From an uncultured Dehalococcoidia bacterium (GTDB lineage: Bacteria; Chloroflexota; Dehalococcoidia; Lucifugimonadales; UBA3495), in NCBI GenBank assembly GCA_950072105.1, contig CATMOE010000093.1, positions 1 to 10,302 on the forward strand: a stretch of 10,302 nt of DNA. Direction: 5' to 3'. Positions 7,638 to 10,302 of this stretch are shown one piece after another. Position 1 is the stretch's first letter. Each line of letters begins with the position of its first letter. The position numbers were made by a program, and so were the translations under genes. Under the pieces are notes generated by a model. The model saw only the letters and a list, made by a program, of their open reading frames with translations. It had not been told where the DNA came from and made no database searches.

Positions 7638-7718
7638 CCGTCTAACCGGCGAAGGCCGGTGTCCAGATAAGCCGTTCTGGGGAAACTTTCTGGATTCCGG
7701 CCTGCGCCGGAAAGACGG
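7638..7718. repeat. REP-like inverted repeat pair (GTC..CCGGCGAAGGCCGG..TCCAG / CTGGATTCCGGCCTGCGCCGGAA.GAC) between convergent genes
   Basis: 30-nt arms at 7638-7667 and 7689-7718, complementary at 25/30 positions. Each arm has its own internal hairpin. Confidence 0.85.
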
Positions 7719-7782
7719 GAATCTACCGGAAAGACGGGAATCTACCGGAATGACGAGAGGCTGCCGGAATGGCGGCGGGCTG
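7707..7782. repeat. 19-bp tandem repeat, 4 units starting CCGGAA
   Basis: Units at 7707 and 7726 are identical (CCGGAAAGACGGGAATCTA). Unit at 7745 is CCGGAATGACGAGAGGCTG and unit at 7764 is CCGGAATGGCGGCGGGCTG. Confidence 0.85.
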
Positions 7783-7831
7783 ATTGAGGTGGCGGCAGCG
7801 GACCCGGTTGGGGCGCCTAGTTCAGAAAGAA

Positions 7832-8932
7832 TCAGCGGCAGGCGTCACGCACCGCTTGGGACATGGCCGCCAGCCGCGGAAGGTTGGATCCGTCTTCGCG
7901 ATAGCCGTTAGTGATGTACGCCATCGCCAATCCCGAATCCGGGTCGGCCCAACCCACCGAAGTCCCCGCCCCTCCGTGGCCGAAGGTGCGCACATCCTCG
8001 GTTACTGAGGAACCCATACGGGGGTCGCCCAGGGAGAAACCCAAGGAACGCTTGGTTCGCCGTTCGTTGGTTAGGTCCATCCCTTCGACTTGCAGCGATG
8101 TAACCTCAGCCACCGTCTCCGGCGCGAATATCTTCACTCCATCCAGCGAGCCTCCACCTTCCATCATGGCGTAAAACCGGGCGATGTCGCGGGCCGTGGC
8201 GATTCCGCCGCCCGCCGGATGCACGGCTTGATGCACCTCCGGCTTGTTATACATGGAAACCTGGAAGGGATGGTCGCAATCGTCGGTGGTATGTTCCTTG
8301 GAGACTCGACCCTCCAACTCCGCCGGCAGACCTACGTAGGTGTCGTTCATATCCAGCCGGCCGGTCACTTCTTCCCGCAGAAACTGGCGGAAGGGACGCC
8401 CATCGATCCGGGCAACCAGCTCCCCAATGACCCAGCCGAAGTTTCTAGGGTGATACGCCAGTACCTTGCCCGCCGGATAGTCGGGCTTGATCTCCTCCAT
8501 CGCCTGAACCACTTTGTCCCAGTCCTGCCATTTGTCCCAGGTTAGTTCTGGCGGGGTCTCCGGAAAGCCTCCCTGATGGGTCAGAACATGTCTGATAGTA
8601 ACGTCGCCCTTGCCTTTCTTGGCAAATCCGGGCCAATATTCGGCAACCGGGTCGTCCCATCCAAGTTGCCCCCGTTCCCAAAGAATGTGGATGCAGGCAG
8701 CAGCCAAGGGTTTGGTGGAGGAATACAGGATGAACATGGTGTCGCTGGACACGGGGAGACCCGCATCAGCGTCGGCCTCGCCGCCAAAGAGATCCAGAAC
8801 GGGTTTACCGTGCCGGTACACCGCCAGCGCCGAGCCAGGATGGATCCCCTGTTGGATCTGCTCCTGGAACAGGTCTTCCACCCTATCCAGACTCTTGGGG
8901 TCCATCTGGACGGTGTCAGCGGCGACTACCAT
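7832..8932 (-). CDS. Serine hydrolase, beta-lactamase class C / family VIII esterase (EstA-like)
   Basis: SxxK (YSSTK), PVAEYWPGFA, TIRHVLTHQGG, YHP tyrosine motif and FGHGGAG..GWADP. GGAGG RBS. No signal peptide. Confidence 0.92.
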   Translation of the reverse strand: MVVAADTVQMDPKSLDRVEDLFQEQIQQGIHPGSALAVYRHGKPVLDLFGGEADADAGLPVSSDTMFILYSSTKPLAAACIHILWERGQLGWDDPVAEYWPGFAKKGKGDVTIRHVLTHQGGFPETPPELTWDKWQDWDKVVQAMEEIKPDYPAGKVLAYHPRNFGWVIGELVARIDGRPFRQFLREEVTGRLDMNDTYVGLPAELEGRVSKEHTTDDCDHPFQVSMYNKPEVHQAVHPAGGGIATARDIARFYAMMEGGGSLDGVKIFAPETVAEVTSLQVEGMDLTNERRTKRSLGFSLGDPRMGSSVTEDVRTFGHGGAGTSVGWADPDSGLAMAYITNGYREDGSNLPRLAAMSQAVRDACR

Positions 8933-9041
8933 TCACTTCCTCCAGTTATATGGCCGTGCGGTGTCTACTTTTACCGGGGGTACCGTACGACCGTTAGCGT
9001 GGAAGTCTCCCCGTTCCGTGGGACGATCCACGAGCCGGGTT

Positions 9042-9050
9042 AGTATACCA
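9042..9050 (-). promoter_or_regulatory. Extended -10 promoter candidate for the serine hydrolase
   Basis: TGGTATACT on the minus strand (TGn + TATACT). Confidence 0.5.
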
Positions 9051-9076
9051 TTCGGGGCGGCGGGAATTCGACGCCG

Positions 9077-9388
9077 CTAGCCGACCTTTTTGAAGATCAA
9101 GTGGGTGCGGTTTGAAGTGTGGGGGCGGATCTGACTTGCCCAATCTCCCTTATCCGACTCAGCAATCCAGGCAGCCGACTGGGGGATATCCGGCGAATCG
9201 ATCGCATAAAGGGCAAGGTACGTGGGTATCCCGTCCACATCTGCAGACTCCAACTTGAAGCGAGTACACGATTCCACGCCCGGAACGGTCAGTATGTTGG
9301 GCACGTGCTGGGTGTCGTAGATGCGGTTGAAATCCGCCTCCTTGTCGGCGGGGATGTCCATTTGAACAATGTAAAGATAGTCAGCCAT
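9077..9388 (-). CDS. DUF4286/EthD-like small alpha+beta barrel protein
   Basis: YIVQMDIP..KEADFNRIYDTQHVPNILTVPGVESCTRF...YLALYAIDSP pattern. AAGGAG RBS. Start is ATG 9388 or TTG 9394. Confidence 0.8.
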   Translation of the reverse strand: MADYLYIVQMDIPADKEADFNRIYDTQHVPNILTVPGVESCTRFKLESADVDGIPTYLALYAIDSPDIPQSAAWIAESDKGDWASQIRPHTSNRTHLIFKKVG

Positions 9389-9463
9389 AGCCAATTAAGC
9401 TCCTTTTGAAGATTGGGTGCGGGTCTCGGTCCAATGCCAGTCAGCCATCGGAGCCGCGGGGAG

Positions 9464-9493
9464 ATTATAGGCCGAGCGCTCGCGTTCACACAA
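9464..9493 (-). promoter_or_regulatory. Putative sigma70 promoter of the DUF4286-like gene, divergent from the tRNA promoter
   Basis: Minus strand TTGTGT (9493-9488), 18 nt, TATAAT (9469-9464). Confidence 0.5.
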
Positions 9494-9511
9494 GACGGAA
9501 CGTATGCCGCC

Positions 9512-9540
9512 TTGACGCCCTAATAGGTGCTTGATAGACT
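9512..9540 (+). promoter_or_regulatory. sigma70 promoter of tRNA-Val
   Basis: TTGACG (9512-9517), 17 nt, TAGACT (9535-9540) with a TG extension; 9 nt upstream of the tRNA. Confidence 0.8.
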
Positions 9541-9549
9541 GCGATTGAG

Positions 9550-9626
9550 GGGCGGTTAGCTCAGCTGGTTAGAGTACTTGCTCGACACGCAAGAGGTCAG
9601 TGGTTCGAGTCCACTACCGCCCACCA
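9550..9626 (+). tRNA. tRNA-Val (GAC)
   Basis: Acceptor stem GGGCGGT/ACCGCCC, discriminator A, encoded CCA. D-arm GCTC/GAGT. Anticodon stem CTTGC/GCAAG with loop TCGACAC (GAC at 9584-9586). T-arm AGTGG-TTCGAGT-CCACT. Confidence 0.97.
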
Positions 9627-9639
9627 TTACGAACCGTAC

Positions 9640-9685
9640 AAAGAACCGACGAGATGATTAGTCTAATCTCGTCGGTTCTTTCTTT
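9640..9685. terminator. Intrinsic terminator, probably bidirectional
   Basis: Perfect 16-bp inverted repeat AAAGAACCGACGAGAT (9640-9655) / ATCTCGTCGGTTCTTT (9666-9681) with a T-rich tail. It lies between the tRNA and a convergent gene. Confidence 0.85.
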
Positions 9686-9756
9686 CCCGTCGGAGATCAG
9701 TCGGCATTCCTGCCTCCTGATCTCGACTCAAACGTGTCTGGTCGATCGCGTCCGCT

Positions 9757-10197
9757 TCAGTTCAACACCTCGCGAACCTTCCGCAATAGGTCCGATGGCA
9801 TGAAGGGCTTCTGCAGATAAGGCAGGCTGGCGTTGGAAGGGTCTCCGATTATCGGATTTTCCTCGGTATAGCCCGACGTTATCAAGATTTTTATTTCCGG
9901 GCGTGATTCACGGAGGCAACGCGCCAGTTCTATCCCGCCCATGCGCGGCATCACGACATCGGTTACCAAAAGATCGATCATCCCAACGGGATGACTCTCG
10001 GTCAACCGCAGCGCTTCTTCCCCGTTAGACGCCTCCAGAGCGTTGTAACCGTTATCGGCAAGCACTCTGGAGCACATTGACCTAATCATCGGCTCGTCTT
10101 CCACCAAAAGTATAGTTTCATTGCCGCTGGGTGGAGCCTCACTTGCCTGATCTTCAGGAATCACTAAGGCTTCTGGGGAAGAACATGGGAGGAACAC
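9757..10197 (-). CDS. Response-regulator receiver domain; C-terminal part of a CckA-like hybrid sensor histidine kinase (apparently truncated)
   Basis: ETILLVEDE, DLLVTDVVMP (phosphoacceptor Asp), TSGY and KPF. In-frame upstream codons read YSEIGEGTAFQVFLP, the last strands of an HATPase domain, so GTG 10197 is probably not the original start. Confidence 0.85.
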   Translation of the reverse strand: MFLPCSSPEALVIPEDQASEAPPSGNETILLVEDEPMIRSMCSRVLADNGYNALEASNGEEALRLTESHPVGMIDLLVTDVVMPRMGGIELARCLRESRPEIKILITSGYTEENPIIGDPSNASLPYLQKPFMPSDLLRKVREVLN

Positions 10198-10228
10198 TTG
10201 AAATGCGGTCCCTTCCCCGATCTCGCTG

Positions 10229-10302
10229 TAGGCGTTCAGCGATAATGGGACACTTTTAAGGGGAGAAAAACATGAGAGTGGTGGTGGGTTTGGACTCCTG
10301 GT
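10229..10302. mobile_element. Possible end of an insertion (IS-like) interrupting the kinase gene
   Basis: Kinase similarity stops at about 10230-10239. No minus-strand frame beyond this gives the expected GxGLGL...GG ATP-lid. No transposase or partner IR is visible in the window. Confidence 0.3.

Noticed and set aside
7621..7911. 96-aa ORF
   Set aside because: It is a translation of the REP pair and 19-bp repeats and overlaps the hydrolase 3' end.
7832..8932. Antibiotic-resistance beta-lactamase
   Set aside because: No signal peptide, and YHP/HGG motifs typical of family VIII esterase-like hydrolases rather than AmpC (YxN/KTG).
9600..9760. tRNA-Val as an integration site of a genomic island
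   Set aside because: No integrase or duplicated tRNA 3' end in the window, and the native terminator follows directly.
80..10255. 9-bp inverted match AAGTGTCCC (80-88) / GGGACACTT (10247-10255) bracketing the window
   Set aside because: Too short. There is no transposase or target duplication, and the enclosed genes include ordinary chromosomal ones.

Overview
GC-rich bacterial window. Gene content and repeat types suggest Chloroflexota (Dehalococcoidia/SAR202-like); this is an inference only. The left 6 kb is a surface-protein cluster. It holds (i) a 1097-aa secreted protein with seven ~114-aa PPC-like repeats, a Pro/Thr linker, a cohesin and a C-terminal dockerin, (ii) a 226-aa N-terminally membrane-anchored single-cohesin protein 9 nt downstream, and (iii) a Pro/Thr-stalked HExxH metallopeptidase-like lipoprotein. 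Together these look like a non-cellulosomal cohesin-dockerin surface assembly that might self-polymerise. The right part holds a stand-alone 5'-3' exonuclease/FEN, a GlcG/HbpS-family protein, a beta-lactamase-fold serine hydrolase, a DUF4286/EthD-like protein, tRNA-Val(GAC) with C33, its promoter and terminator, and the C-terminal remnant of a hybrid histidine kinase that is cut off by foreign-looking DNA at the window end. Two REP-like palindromic elements each sit beside a short tandem array (17-bp and 19-bp periods).
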